Both the position numbers and the translations under genes were made by a program. DNA of 62,935 bases, the filler included, from Octopus bimaculoides (Eukaryota): NCBI RefSeq assembly GCF_001194135.2. It is 5 parts of 5 records of this genome, joined end to end, with 100 filler letters (N's around TTAATTAATTAA, not from the genome) between each part and the next. Parts side by side here need not be neighbours in the genome. Positions count along the whole stretch, not along the records: positions 29,007 to 49,162 come from NC_069004.1; positions 49,263 to 58,845 come from NC_068995.1; 3 more parts are not named here. One strand, 5' to 3'. Positions 40,496 to 50,664 of this stretch are shown here, piece by piece. Under the pieces are notes generated by a model. The model did not search any database and was not told the origin of the DNA. It worked only from the letters and a program-made list of their open reading frames with translations. The first letter of the stretch is position 1; each line of letters opens with the position of its first letter.

Positions 40496-40602
40496 ACAGA
40501 CAAATCCACCAATTTGGATGTCAGATACTCAATAATTTAGAGGATCAATTGGTAAGTTGAACAAATATTGTTTATATGTTTATCTTCTGTTTGTCAAATG
40601 TA

Positions 40603-42531
40603 CCGTGGGGAGAAATAAATATTCGTACATGTCAAAATTCTTTATTTATTTAATTTCTAATGAACATAGATGGGATATACCAATACTCACCCAGGAGGAA
40701 AGTCCTGTTCTTTTTAACATCTAGTTTTTTGTACTTGCATAGGTCAGATAAGTGTATGGTGCGACAAAGTTTCCAATCATTAGATGCCCTTCTAGTTTCC
40801 AACCCCACCTTGTTTCTAAGTCGGGTAATAAACTTCCAGTCTATCAAACAATGGACATCCCAAACATGTTTTACATAAAGAACTGGAAACAAATACCCCT
40901 GAACAATTCTTTTATTTACAATTGGTAGATGAAGGTAATATAAAAATCTCTCACACACATATACGATGGGTGTTTCTCTGTGTCAGTCTGGTAATTTCAC
41001 TCACGGGGCTTTGATCGGCCCTGGGCTATAATAGAAGGCACTTGGCTAAGATGCCACACAGTGTTACTGAAACTGAGACCATGTGATTGGTAAGCAAACT
41101 TCTTAATCAAATAACCATAGTTCCATGGTTGTGTATCTATCATTGTCATCATCACTTAACATCTGTTTTCCATGCTGTTATGGGTTGGACAGTTTGATGG
41201 CAGCTGAAGAGCTGCCTGGGCTCCATGTCTGTTTTGGCATGGTTTCTATGGTTGAAGCGGACGTTAAACGACGATGATGATGATCATATATATATATATA
41301 TATATGTATGTGTGTATATATATATATATACACACATATATATATACACACACACATATGTGTACATATATATATATATATACACATATGTATGTACATA
41401 TATTTTCATTTTATCTAGTTTCAGCTCAAGTGCTGTGGCCATGCTAGGGCACCGCCATTTGGTGTTGCTACACAATTTTACTTCACGAATTGACATTTGG
41501 TGCATGAGAGAGTTTGATGCAGCTGCTCTCATCTGCACCTCCTGCCGTGAAGTTGGCTCATCTGGGACACCTGACAGGAAGAGGTCCAGCCTCATTTTGA
41601 AGACACCTACATCCACCGCATGCAGGTCTCTCAGGTCCTTCGGGAGGATATTGAAGAGCTGTGGACCTCTGAAGCCCAGGCTATTGCAGTATCTTGCCCT
41701 ACATCTTGATGGCAAATTTGGAGTCCTTGGCACTATGCAATGGCGTCCAGTTCTTTTATTTGCGTAACTTTCGATGNNNNNNNNNNNNNNNNNNNNNNNN
41801 NNNNNNNNNNNNNNNNNNNNNNNNNNNNNNNNNNNNNNNNNNNNNNNNNNNNNNNNNNNNNNNNNNNNNNNNNNNNNNNNNNNNNNNNNNNNNNNNNNNN
41901 NNNNNNNNNNNNNNNNNNNNNNNNNNNNNNNNNNNNNNNNNNNNNNNNNNNNNNNNNNNNNNNNNNNNNNNNNNNNNNNNNNNNNNNNNNNNNNNNNNNN
42001 NNNNNNNNNNNNNNNNNNNNNNNNNNNNNNNNNNNNNNNNNNNNNNNAGATATGGTAGAAAATGGAATACAAAGGGTCTCTGATATTTTCCTGTAACTTT
42101 TACCTGCTTTCCACTGTTCAATAATTAAGTTTTTTCACTGAATTTGTGAGTTCTTTACTTTTCGCCATTATTACAACACTACTTTATGTTGTCTTAGTGC
42201 TGAATGATGAAGCTAGCGTTTTGACACTTAAAAATGACCACTGATAAGATTATTGGAACAAACGAGAAAGTTCTAGTAAAAAAAATATATTTTAACAGTA
42301 TTTTGTGGCATAGAAACTCATAAATTTATTCTGTACGAATACTTTTTTCACCCCTAAATATTTATAATTGTATATAAATTCATTAGTTACTATAATTTAT
42401 TAGTTTCTTTTGCATATTCTTAGTTTATGCATGTGTATGCAAATATAGTATTGGTATATCCCATTTATGTTCATTAGAAATTAAATAAATAAAGAATTTT
42501 GACATGTACGAATATTTATTTCCCCCCACTG
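40603..42531. mobile_element. Tc1-like TIR element with TA target duplication and nested or captured cargo
   Basis: 85-bp inverted repeats (40603-40687 and 42447-42531) with 3 mismatches. The ends are TA|C(C/A)GTGGGG..., TA lies on both sides, and an inner copy of the terminal motif sits at 42332-42354. No transposase recognised. Confidence 0.85.
41480..41776 (-). mobile_element. CR1/L2-type LINE 3' coding end
   Basis: Translates to ...RYCNSLGFRGPQLFNILPKDLRDLHAVDVGVFKMRLDLFLSGVPDEP...RAAASNSL, a typical CR1-group C-terminus. Cut by an N gap. Confidence 0.85.
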
Positions 42532-42557
42532 TATATGTTGAATCTTGTTGAAAGTAA

Positions 42558-42715
42558 GCATGGCTGTACGGTAAGAAGCCTGCTTCGCAACCACATGGTT
42601 CTGGATTCAGTCCCACCGTGTGGTACCTTGGGCAAGTGTCTTCTTCTATAGCCCAGGGCTGACCAAAGCCTTGTGAGTGGATTTGGTAGATGGAAACTGC
42701 AAGAAGCCCATCGTG
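42558..42715 (+). mobile_element. Family B SINE head
   Basis: catggctgtacggtaagaagcctgcttcgcaaccacatggttctggattcagtcccac...ggaaactgcaagaagcccatcg. Similar heads lie at 32505-32675 (+), 40950-41120 (-) and 58470-58636 (-). Confidence 0.8.
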
Positions 42716-42734
42716 TGTGTAAGTAATAATGGAC

Positions 42735-43003
42735 TTTCCTGTCATTAGATGACGTATGAGAGTTCGACAATTTCTTACCGAACAACCACACAGATGATTT
42801 GTTTATAGTAATCAAATGTTTGTGTATACATAACCTCACTCCCACCATCAAACTGACATTACCTGTACAGGTGCAACTGGGTGCCACATGTCATATCGAA
42901 ATGATCACAGAGCAACGTGAAATGAAGTGCAATGCCCGGCCTGGGAATCGAACTCATGGTCTCGCAATCGTGACTGCAACACCCTAACCACTAAGCTATG
43001 CAT
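42735..43003 (-). mobile_element. Family C-related tRNA SINE; related plus-strand copy at 43900-44065 and minus-strand heads at 46300-46555
   Basis: Reverse complement gcatagcttagtggttagggtgttgcagtcacgattgcgagaccatgagttcgattccc shows A and B boxes. Confidence 0.75.
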
Positions 43004-43056
43004 GTATATATATATAGTTTTATATTTAAGAGATGAGGGATTATGCACATTTACAT

Positions 43057-43515
43057 TTGATGGATATGTGTCCTCATCTTGTTTGTTGTTAACACAACGT
43101 TCCGGCTGATATACCCTCCAGCCGAAATGTGTTACCAACAAACAAGATGAGGATAAATATCCGTCAACTGTATATATAGAACTGTATTATCTAATCAGTA
43201 TGGAATCAACATTAGACTTCAATGGAGACATATAGAGAAACTCCATCAAAAACCATCTAACTTTCTTGTGTAGATGTAGAGACTCAAAGCTAATACCACC
43301 TGGCTTGAATATATTGACACCAGTGGATTCATATAAAGCTCGAAAAGTAGCAGAAAGGGCGGGACATGCCCTCGTCTGTGAGAGGATCCATTACAACTGT
43401 TGGAAAAAAACATCAACTAAATAACGAAATCAGAGAAGTTATCTTCATTACTTAGGAAAATAACCAGATATGATGATAGAAAGAGAATCTAACAAGATGA
43501 GGGCAAATATCCGTC
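43057..43515 (+). mobile_element. Penelope-like element remnant: inverted pLTR end, N-terminal ORF fragment and a further pLTR fragment
   Basis: Fold-back at 43057-43167. The ORF piece YGINIRLQWRHIEKLHQK / SIKNHLTFLCRCRDSKLIPPGLNILTPVDSYKARKVAERAGHALVCERI resembles Penelope N-termini. aacaagatgagggcaaatatccgtc recurs at 43491-43515. Confidence 0.7.
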
Positions 43516-43868
43516 GTGGTAAGTAGCTTGCTTACCAACCACATGGTTCCGGGTTCAGTTCCACTGCATGGCACCTTGGGAAAGTGTCTTCTACTATAGC
43601 CTCGTGAATGGATTTGGTAGACGGAAACTGAAAGAAGCCTGTCGTATATATATATATGTATGTATATATATATGTATATATATATATGTGTGTTTGTCCC
43701 TTCACCATCACTTGACAACCGATGCTGGTGTGTTTACGTCCCCGTAACTTAGCGGTTCAGCAAAAAGAGACCGATAGAATAAGTACTAGGCTTCCAAAGA
43801 ATAAGTCCTGGGGTTGATTTGCTCGACTAAATCATGGCCGCCATCAAATGACTGAAACGAGTAAAAGA
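43515..43868 (+). mobile_element. Family B SINE, near full length
   Basis: Head, (AT)n/(GT)n middle and a 3' body ending gactgaaacgagtaaaagag. A comparable copy lies at 46605-46945. Confidence 0.9.
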
Positions 43869-45584
43869 GTTATATATATATATATATATGAGAGATTGAG
43901 GGGGCATGGCCTTGTGGTTAGGGTGTTGACCTCACGATCTAGTGATCATTATGGTGCATTATGTTCTTGAGTAAAATACTTCATCTCACACCGCTCTGTG
44001 ATCACTCCAACACCTGATGTGTGGCACACAGTGCACCTGTTCAGATAGTGTCAATTTGTGCAGGTCATTAGGCAACCAGACAGCCAGTGTTTGTGTGTTT
44101 ATATCCCCCATAACTTTGTGGTTCAGCAAAGGAGACCGATAGAATAAATACCAGACTTAAAAGTACTGGGGTCAATTAAAATTCCTCAAGGTGGTGCCCC
44201 AGCATGGCCATAGTCTGAGTGAATCAAGTAAAAAAAAAAAAAAAATCTTTTCACTGAAATTGTTTTATTTTCTTCATATTTTATGCAGGTAGCAATCTGA
44301 ATTAACACCTGAGGAAAACAGTGAGGACCAACAAACAAACATCTGGTTGCTATGGAAAACCAAAATTAACAAAAGTGACCTTACCAAAGCTTTCATTGTA
44401 CCATAAAGTTGTAGTTTTGAGTCGTTATTTATTTCATTCTGTACAAAATTTCATTTNNNNNNNNNNNNNNNNNNNNNNNNNNNNNNNNNNNNNNNNNNNN
44501 NNNNNNNNNNNNNNNNNNNNNNNNNNNNNNNNNNNNNNNNNNNNNNNNNNNNNNNNNNNNNNNNNNNNNNNNNNNNNNNNNNNNNNNNNNNNNNNNNNNN
44601 NNNNNNNNNNNNNNNNNNNNNNNNNNNNNNNNNNNNNNNNNNNNNNNNNNNNNNNNNNNNNNNNNNNNNNNNNNNNNNNNNNNNNNNNNNNNNNNNNNNN
44701 NNNNNNNNNNNNNNNNNNNNNNNNNNNNNNNNNNNNNNNNNNNNNNNNNNNNNNNNNNNNNNNNNNNNNNNNNNNNNNNNNNNNNNNNNNNNNNNNNNNN
44801 NNNNNNNNNNNNNNNNNNNNNNNNNNNNNNNNNNNNNNNNNNNNNNNNNNNNNNNNNNNNNNNNNNNNNNNNNNNNNNNNNNNNNNNNNNNNNNNNNNNN
44901 NNNNNNNNNNNNNNNNNNNNNNNNNNNNNNNNNNNNNNNNNNNNNNNNNNNNNNNNNNNNNNNNNNNNNNNNNNNNNNNNNNNNNNNNNNNNNNNNNNNN
45001 NNNNNNNNNNNNNNNNNNNNNNNNNNNNNNNNNNNNNNNNNNNNNNNNNNNNNNNNNNNNNNNNNNNNNNNNNNNNNNNNNNNNNNNNNNNNNNNNNNNN
45101 NNNNNNNNNNNNNNNNNNNNNNNNNNNNNNNNNNNNNNNNNNNNNNNNNNNNNNNNNNNNNNNNNNNNNNNNNNNNNNNNNNNNNNNNNNNNNNNNNNNN
45201 NNNNNNNNNNNNNNNNNNNNNNNNNNNNNNNNNNNNNNNNNNNNNNNNNNNNNNNNNNNNNNNNNNNNNNNNNNNNNNNNNNNNNNNNNNNNNNNNNNNN
45301 NNNNNNNNNNNNNNNNNNNNNNNNNNNNNNNNNNNNNNNNNNNNNNNNNNNNNNNNNNNNNNNNNNNNNNNNNNNNNNNNNNNNNNNNNNNNNNNNNNNN
45401 NNNNNNNNNNNNNNNNNNGGTGCCATGTGGTTGGAAAGCAAGCTACTTACCACACAGCCACTCCTACGCATATATATATATATATATACGTGATACTGCC
45501 CAAGGCCCTGTGCAGAGGGACTGAATTTAAGGTTAATGAAGTTGCAAAGTAAACTTCTTAAACACACGGTGAAATTCTGTTGGC

Positions 45585-45656
45585 CAGAGATGCCAGGGAT
45601 CGAACCTGAGGCCTTTCACATGCAAAGCAGATGCTCTGCCACTGAGCTGTATATAA
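45585..45656 (-). pseudogene. tRNA-Ala(TGC) pseudogene
   Basis: Reverse complement ...ACAGCTCAGTGGCAGAGCATCTGCTT-TGC-ATGTGAAAGGCCTCAGGTTCGATCCCTGGCATCTCTG follows the eukaryotic tRNA-Ala(TGC) pattern. The 5' acceptor strand is lost and the anticodon stem has mismatches. Confidence 0.8.
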
Positions 45657-46604
45657 TAATTTGCTTTGTGTACGATACAAGGCTAGGAATTTTGATTGGG
45701 GGCAGGAGACAGTAAATTCTTCCAACCTCAGGGTGTGGTTGGTAGACCCCTGGAGGGATGAAAGAGATAGTCAACCTGTAAGGGATTTGAAAGGCCATAA
45801 ATACCACAAGGCATATTGTGTGCGTGCGTGTGTGAAATGATCATCACAAAGCAGTCATGTGATAAATTTAATTTCCCTATTGACATGATAATCTTCATAA
45901 ATTATATATACTGTATATATTATATACACTTAAACATGTGTATTTATCAATATTATATACATTGTGAACATATAAATTATATATAATGTGTACATTATAT
46001 CTGTTTAAACATATGTAAATTATATATACTATATATATATATATATATAGAGAGAGATGTAAATGGTTTTAGCCTGTTGAAATTAAAAGGAAAATTTTAT
46101 GGAATTTGAATGTAAAATAAAAATTTAACCAAAATATCATTGTAGTGCCTTTTTTTCCTTCATATTTTTAATGTAACTATTTTTGTTGATTTCTCAAAAA
46201 GTGTTACCTTTTCAGCACTAATTTAACAAGTCCCTTAACCCATTGGGGCGTTGCAGCAATGCAGTGTATCTAGAGCAAGAAAGCCTGGTGGAGCCTATCC
46301 TTCCAATAGCTGAGTGGACTGGAGTAACATGCTTAAGAATACAATCACTCATACAGTCCAGGGATCAAAGCCACAATCCTAACAGTCATGAATCCCTCAC
46401 CACTCAGCCACACATCTCCACTACTGGTACCCATTTCGACAGCTGAGTGGACTGGGGCAACATGAAGTGTTTTGCTCAAGAACACAATGCACTGCCTAGT
46501 CCAGGAATCGAAACCACAACCTTACGATCATGAATCCAACACCCTTATCACCAAGCTGTCCTTGTTTGTCCCCTCTATGTTTAGCTCCTTGTGGGCAATA
46601 AAGA

Positions 46605-46945
46605 AACAAGCTTGCTTCCCAGCCGCATGGTTCTGGGTTCAGTACCACAGCGTGGCACCCGCAGGGAAGTGTTTTCTACCTTCTACTATAGGCTTGGACC
46701 AGCCAAAACCTTGTGATATATATATATATATGTGTGTGTGTGTTTATCCCCCCACCATCACCACTTAACAACCAGTGTTGGTGTATTTAGATCCCTGTAA
46801 CTTAGTGGTTTGGCAAAAGTAACCGATAGAATAGGTACTAGGCTTAAAAAATAAGTCCTGGGGTCGATTTGTGTGACTAAAAACCCTTAAAGGCAGTACT
46901 CCAGCACAGCCACAGTCAAATGACAAAAACAAGTAAAAGGATAAA
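46605..46945 (+). mobile_element. Family B SINE, near full length
   Basis: Same layout as 43515-43868. Confidence 0.88.
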
Positions 46946-48001
46946 ATAATTCACTACAACAAACAGAATAGGATTGCAAGGGGACAAAGAAAAGAGAAAC
47001 TATGCAAGGCTAACTACTTGCCTTCAGTTCCAACAGACTAGCAGCAGCCAATCTGCAACAGAGCCTTCCATTCATGCATTGAACTGATTGGCCACAGCTG
47101 GACATACTCTGACTCCATCTTTTCCTCCCGCATAATGTCCTTGGTCATCATTGATAGCAACAGACAAACTAATAATAATAATGAATAAATATAAAGATTG
47201 TTAAAAACCTTGGGTATACGCTATAGTAAACTTTAGTATGAAAAATAAACACTGCTGGTACAGCAGTAAATTAAAAGGGAAAAAAATATTAAAAACAAAA
47301 CGTTTGGTTCAATTGTTTTAGTTATCTTTCTTTTTTTTTTCTTTTCATAATTACAAACATGAAAAATAAATCAATCAGTCTTTACAATTGTTTCCTCCGT
47401 TTGTTAGGTTATTGATCTTGTTTTGTCACACTGTGTCAGCTGACTATGTATCCAGCACATAGAAGAGGTTAATGTAATAAAACAGGGAGTGATTGGTGAT
47501 AGATTCAGTATTTCTTGTATATGTGTGTGTTTGGGGTTATGAGCCGTTTCGGCTCTGCCTTCTTGGTGCTGCTGATTTGACAGACTTGACATCAGACGTT
47601 GTAATGTTTCTCTAATTCTCTCCTTCCCTCTGTGTGTGTGTGTGTGTGTTTGTCTTTATATGTATGAGAATAGGAGAAAACATCTATTTCCCATGCTGGC
47701 ATGGTTTCTATGACTGGACACCTTTCCTGTTGCCAACAACTTTACAGAATGTACTGGACAGGTTATTTTTTTTTTTACATGATACCAGCACCAGTAAGAT
47801 CACGAAGTAACTTGCAAGACAGGACCCTTCAACTGAGGGAAGTGGCTTTGTACCCATGACCCCTCAATTGAGAGAGGTGGCTTTGTGCCTAGTAATGAGG
47901 AGTTGAAGTGTGATAGAGGGACAGGAACAAGTGTCTTACTGTAGAGAACCATTCAAACAAATATCTCTCTTCCTCTCCTCCACTTTCTCTTCACCTGTAT
48001 A

Positions 48002-48200
48002 CAGATGTGGGCAAAAGTAAATATACAGTTGTTTAATATGACGAAGGTTTTCATTTCTCAATTTCTTTTTTTAGGATAAAAATTCTATGTTCTTTAACTA
48101 ATCTTATTTTTTAACATTTATCCTAAAAACAGAAATGGAGAAACGAAAAGAACATTCAACTTGTATTAAACAACTGTGTACTTATTTTTGCTTACCCTTG
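48002..48200. mobile_element. 199-bp Tc1/mariner-type MITE
   Basis: Imperfect TIRs of about 35 bp (cagatgtgggcaaaagtaaatatacagttgtttaata / tattaaacaactgtgtacttatttttgcttacccttg), with TA on both sides (48000-48001 and 48201-48202). Confidence 0.75.
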
Positions 48201-48673
48201 TATTTCTGTGCATGCACATGTGTGTGTGTGTTTGCCTCAAGTACTGAGAAATACTGTTACTAAAAGAAACTTAATCTCCAGTCAGCCATGCCAAGTCACC
48301 AGCGCCCAAACAGCTGCACATAATTGTCCTATTCTGGTCAGTGTGTATGTGTGGGTTTTAAATAACTTTTGAAGTGTTTCTTTAAGCCTTATTAATAGCT
48401 GGGGTAAAACATATAAAGCAGTTTGACAATATTTTTTCTTATATATATCCCAGGATTTGTTTTGGTGAGATAGGATATATATACGAATCTGTTTTTGATA
48501 TTTCCAAAGTCATTTTTTTATGGCATGATGACAAAGCAGTTTTGCTTCAATACTTCACAGGGTTAAGGGGTCAGTTAAATACATTTTGGAGTCGTGTGGA
48601 GATAGGGATATTAAACAGATTAATGTAAAAAAAAAGAAAAATAAATTAAGCCCTGCTTATCCGCTTTGTGATT

Positions 48674-48825
48674 TCATGTCCCAGCTTCAATTTGGTTTAA
48701 GAGTTGGCGCCGTTTCTGGGTAAGTTCTTGGATACGTAGCAAATTTCTTTCATGTCTTGCTTCCAGTGTTTGCATCAAAGGTCCCATCAATACTTCCATG
48801 ATCAGAGCCAGGCTGCAGCTATACA
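48674..48825 (-). CDS. Candidate terminal coding exon of an unidentified convergent gene
   Basis: Acceptor ttgttaaatttcag|, then 49 open codons (YSCSLALIMEVLMGPLMQTLEARHERNLLRIQELTQKRRQLLNQIEAGT) and TGA; coiled-coil-like. Short, and not recognised. Confidence 0.35.
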
Positions 48826-48912
48826 CTGAAATTTAACAAGATTTATTAATATATAATATATATATATATATATATAAATAAAAAATATATATATATATAT
48901 ATAAATAATAAA

Positions 48913-49162
48913 TATAGCTAAAACCAAAATCCTAATAAGTAGGAAGGTAGATAAAACACAAACCCCTTCAGGTAGATGGCCCTGCTCAGTATGTAGAAAA
49001 GGAGTAGGTAGTAACTCTATAAGATGTACCCGGTGCAAGCTATGGACACATAAGAGGTGCAGCAACATCAAAGGCAGGTTAACTAGCAAGTTAGTTTTTG
49101 TTTGTGGCAGATGTTCAGGTGCAATAAAGACTGCAAACAAACAGGAAACAACTTCTATCTCA
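48913..49162 (+). mobile_element. RTE-clade LINE fragment (Cys-rich finger region)
   Basis: GRWPCSVCRKGVGSNSIRCTRCKLWTHKRCSNIKGRLTSKLVFVCGRCSG; homologous to 29135-29390. Cut by the 100-bp spacer. Confidence 0.88.
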
Positions 49163-49262
49163 NNNNNNNNNNNNNNNNNNNNNNNNNNNNNNNNNNNNNN
49201 NNNNNNTTAATTAATTAANNNNNNNNNNNNNNNNNNNNNNNNNNNNNNNNNNNNNNNNNNNN

Positions 49263-50664
49263 ATTATTTATTTATTTATTTATTTATTTTCTTCGCACAG
49301 CTTCTAACGCATACCTTGTTGTCAGCTGGGCATGTAATATCTATGATCCAGCTTTGTTTGCCTTCTTTTTCAATTAACACTATGTCTGGCTTCATATCTT
49401 CTTTCTTATGGCCACAATCTTTCATCTTACACAAGCCTGACCTTCTTACTTCCAATAAAAGTAGTTCTGTGGCATTTTTTACATACTATGCTATGTTGTT
49501 TTCTTCTGCTCTAATGCTGTGTACGCATCCAATCAGTCATCTTCCCCCTCTTTTTCTTGGTACGTACAGTCTGTCTATCTCACTTTCCGGGTGGAGTATC
49601 TCATATCTAGTCTGCAAATTCCTTGTCTTTCTGTCTAAGCTATTTAATTCGTCTACTGTCCGTGCGATTACCCCTGCTCCATATCTAAGGAGTGAAGCCG
49701 CCGAGGTTTTGTTAGCTTCAATCTTATTCCGTCCGTTTAATTTCGACTTAAGTATTAGTCTCAGTCTGCACAAGTACTCCACCTTAAATTTTTCTGTCAT
49801 TTCTTTCTCCATCAGTTTATCCATTTCCAAAATCCCCAAGTACTTATAACCAGTCTCTTCTATTTGCTTCATAACCTCCCCTGACGGTATCGATTGCCTG
49901 TCCATACATTTGATTTTGCCTCTCTCAAGCCTAACACACCACACTTCTTCGGTCCGAACTCCATTCTGATATCAGCACTGAAAGTATACACCGTATCAAC
50001 GAGGGAACTGACTTGGGATTTATCTCTACCATAAAATTTGAGGTCATCCTAGAATAACAAATAGTTGACTTTTTGTTGACGGCTTTTGAATACATAACCA
50101 GCTTTTGCTTTCCTCTGAATCAGTGTTGGTGGTATCAAGCACAGTACAAAGATCAGTGGGCACAGGCAATCTCCTTGGGAGATGCCCCTCCTGATTTCTA
50201 CTGTCGCTAAACTTCTTCCGTATGCTGTTACGTCCGTCCTCCACTTCGCCATACTTTTTCCAAGCAATCGCTCAACGTTCGATGCAGTACCAAATAGGTT
50301 CATACATTCCATAATCCAAGAATGTGGGATCATATCGTACGCCTTACGATAATCGATACATGACATTGCTAAGTTAGTTTTCCTCCGCTTTCAGTCTCTG
50401 AGTACAGTTTTGTTTACCAGGAGTTGATCCTTGGTACCTCTGCACTTATGCTTGCAACCCTCCTGCTCATGTGGCAAGACTCCATTTTTTTCCCAGATGT
50501 TCGTACATTGACTCTGTGACTATTCTAGTCAATAAATTTCACATAAGTGTCAAGCAGGATATTGGCCTGTAGTTGTCTATCGTATTACCTTTTCGATGTT
50601 TTTCAAGCACAGCACTGTACGACCCATTGTCAACCATTCTGATGTTTTCTCTATCAGTAATTAA
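49263..50664 (-). mobile_element. R4/Dong-clade non-LTR retrotransposon, 3' half (RT and remnant of the restriction-like endonuclease)
   Basis: EWLTMGRTVL...NYRPISCL...IDYRKAYDMIPHSW...IRRGISQGDCLCPLIF...LLFLDDLK...YKYLG...LYVPRKRGGR...WIIDITCPAD, with stops and frameshifts. Ends in an (ATTT)n run. Confidence 0.92.

Noticed and set aside
40493-40540. Rescue of the TAA by A-to-I editing (UAA to UII, read as Trp) or by readthrough
   Set aside because: It needs two edits, and the same frame meets a TAG at 40538-40540 before the donor. A frameshift or true stop is simpler.
43095-43130. An intact hammerhead ribozyme
   Set aside because: Only a stem II-like hairpin and GAAA are present; the CTGATGA core is missing on both strands. 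I saw no complete core elsewhere in the window by eye.
47028-47610. Further exons of either gene (plus acceptors at 47027 and 47407; minus ORF 47404-47592; a GC-type donor near 47022)
   Set aside because: All frames stop within about 20-60 codons, nothing is recognisable and the phases cannot be chained. They may be UTR or terminal exons, but I cannot support a call.
48685-48719. Plus-strand 35-nt exon (cccag|...ctgg|gtaagt)
   Set aside because: The splice signals are plausible, but it lies antisense within the better-looking minus-strand frame and neither reading (LQFGLRVGAVSG or SIWFKSWRRFW) resembles the expected ALMS motif. Not excluded, but unsupported.
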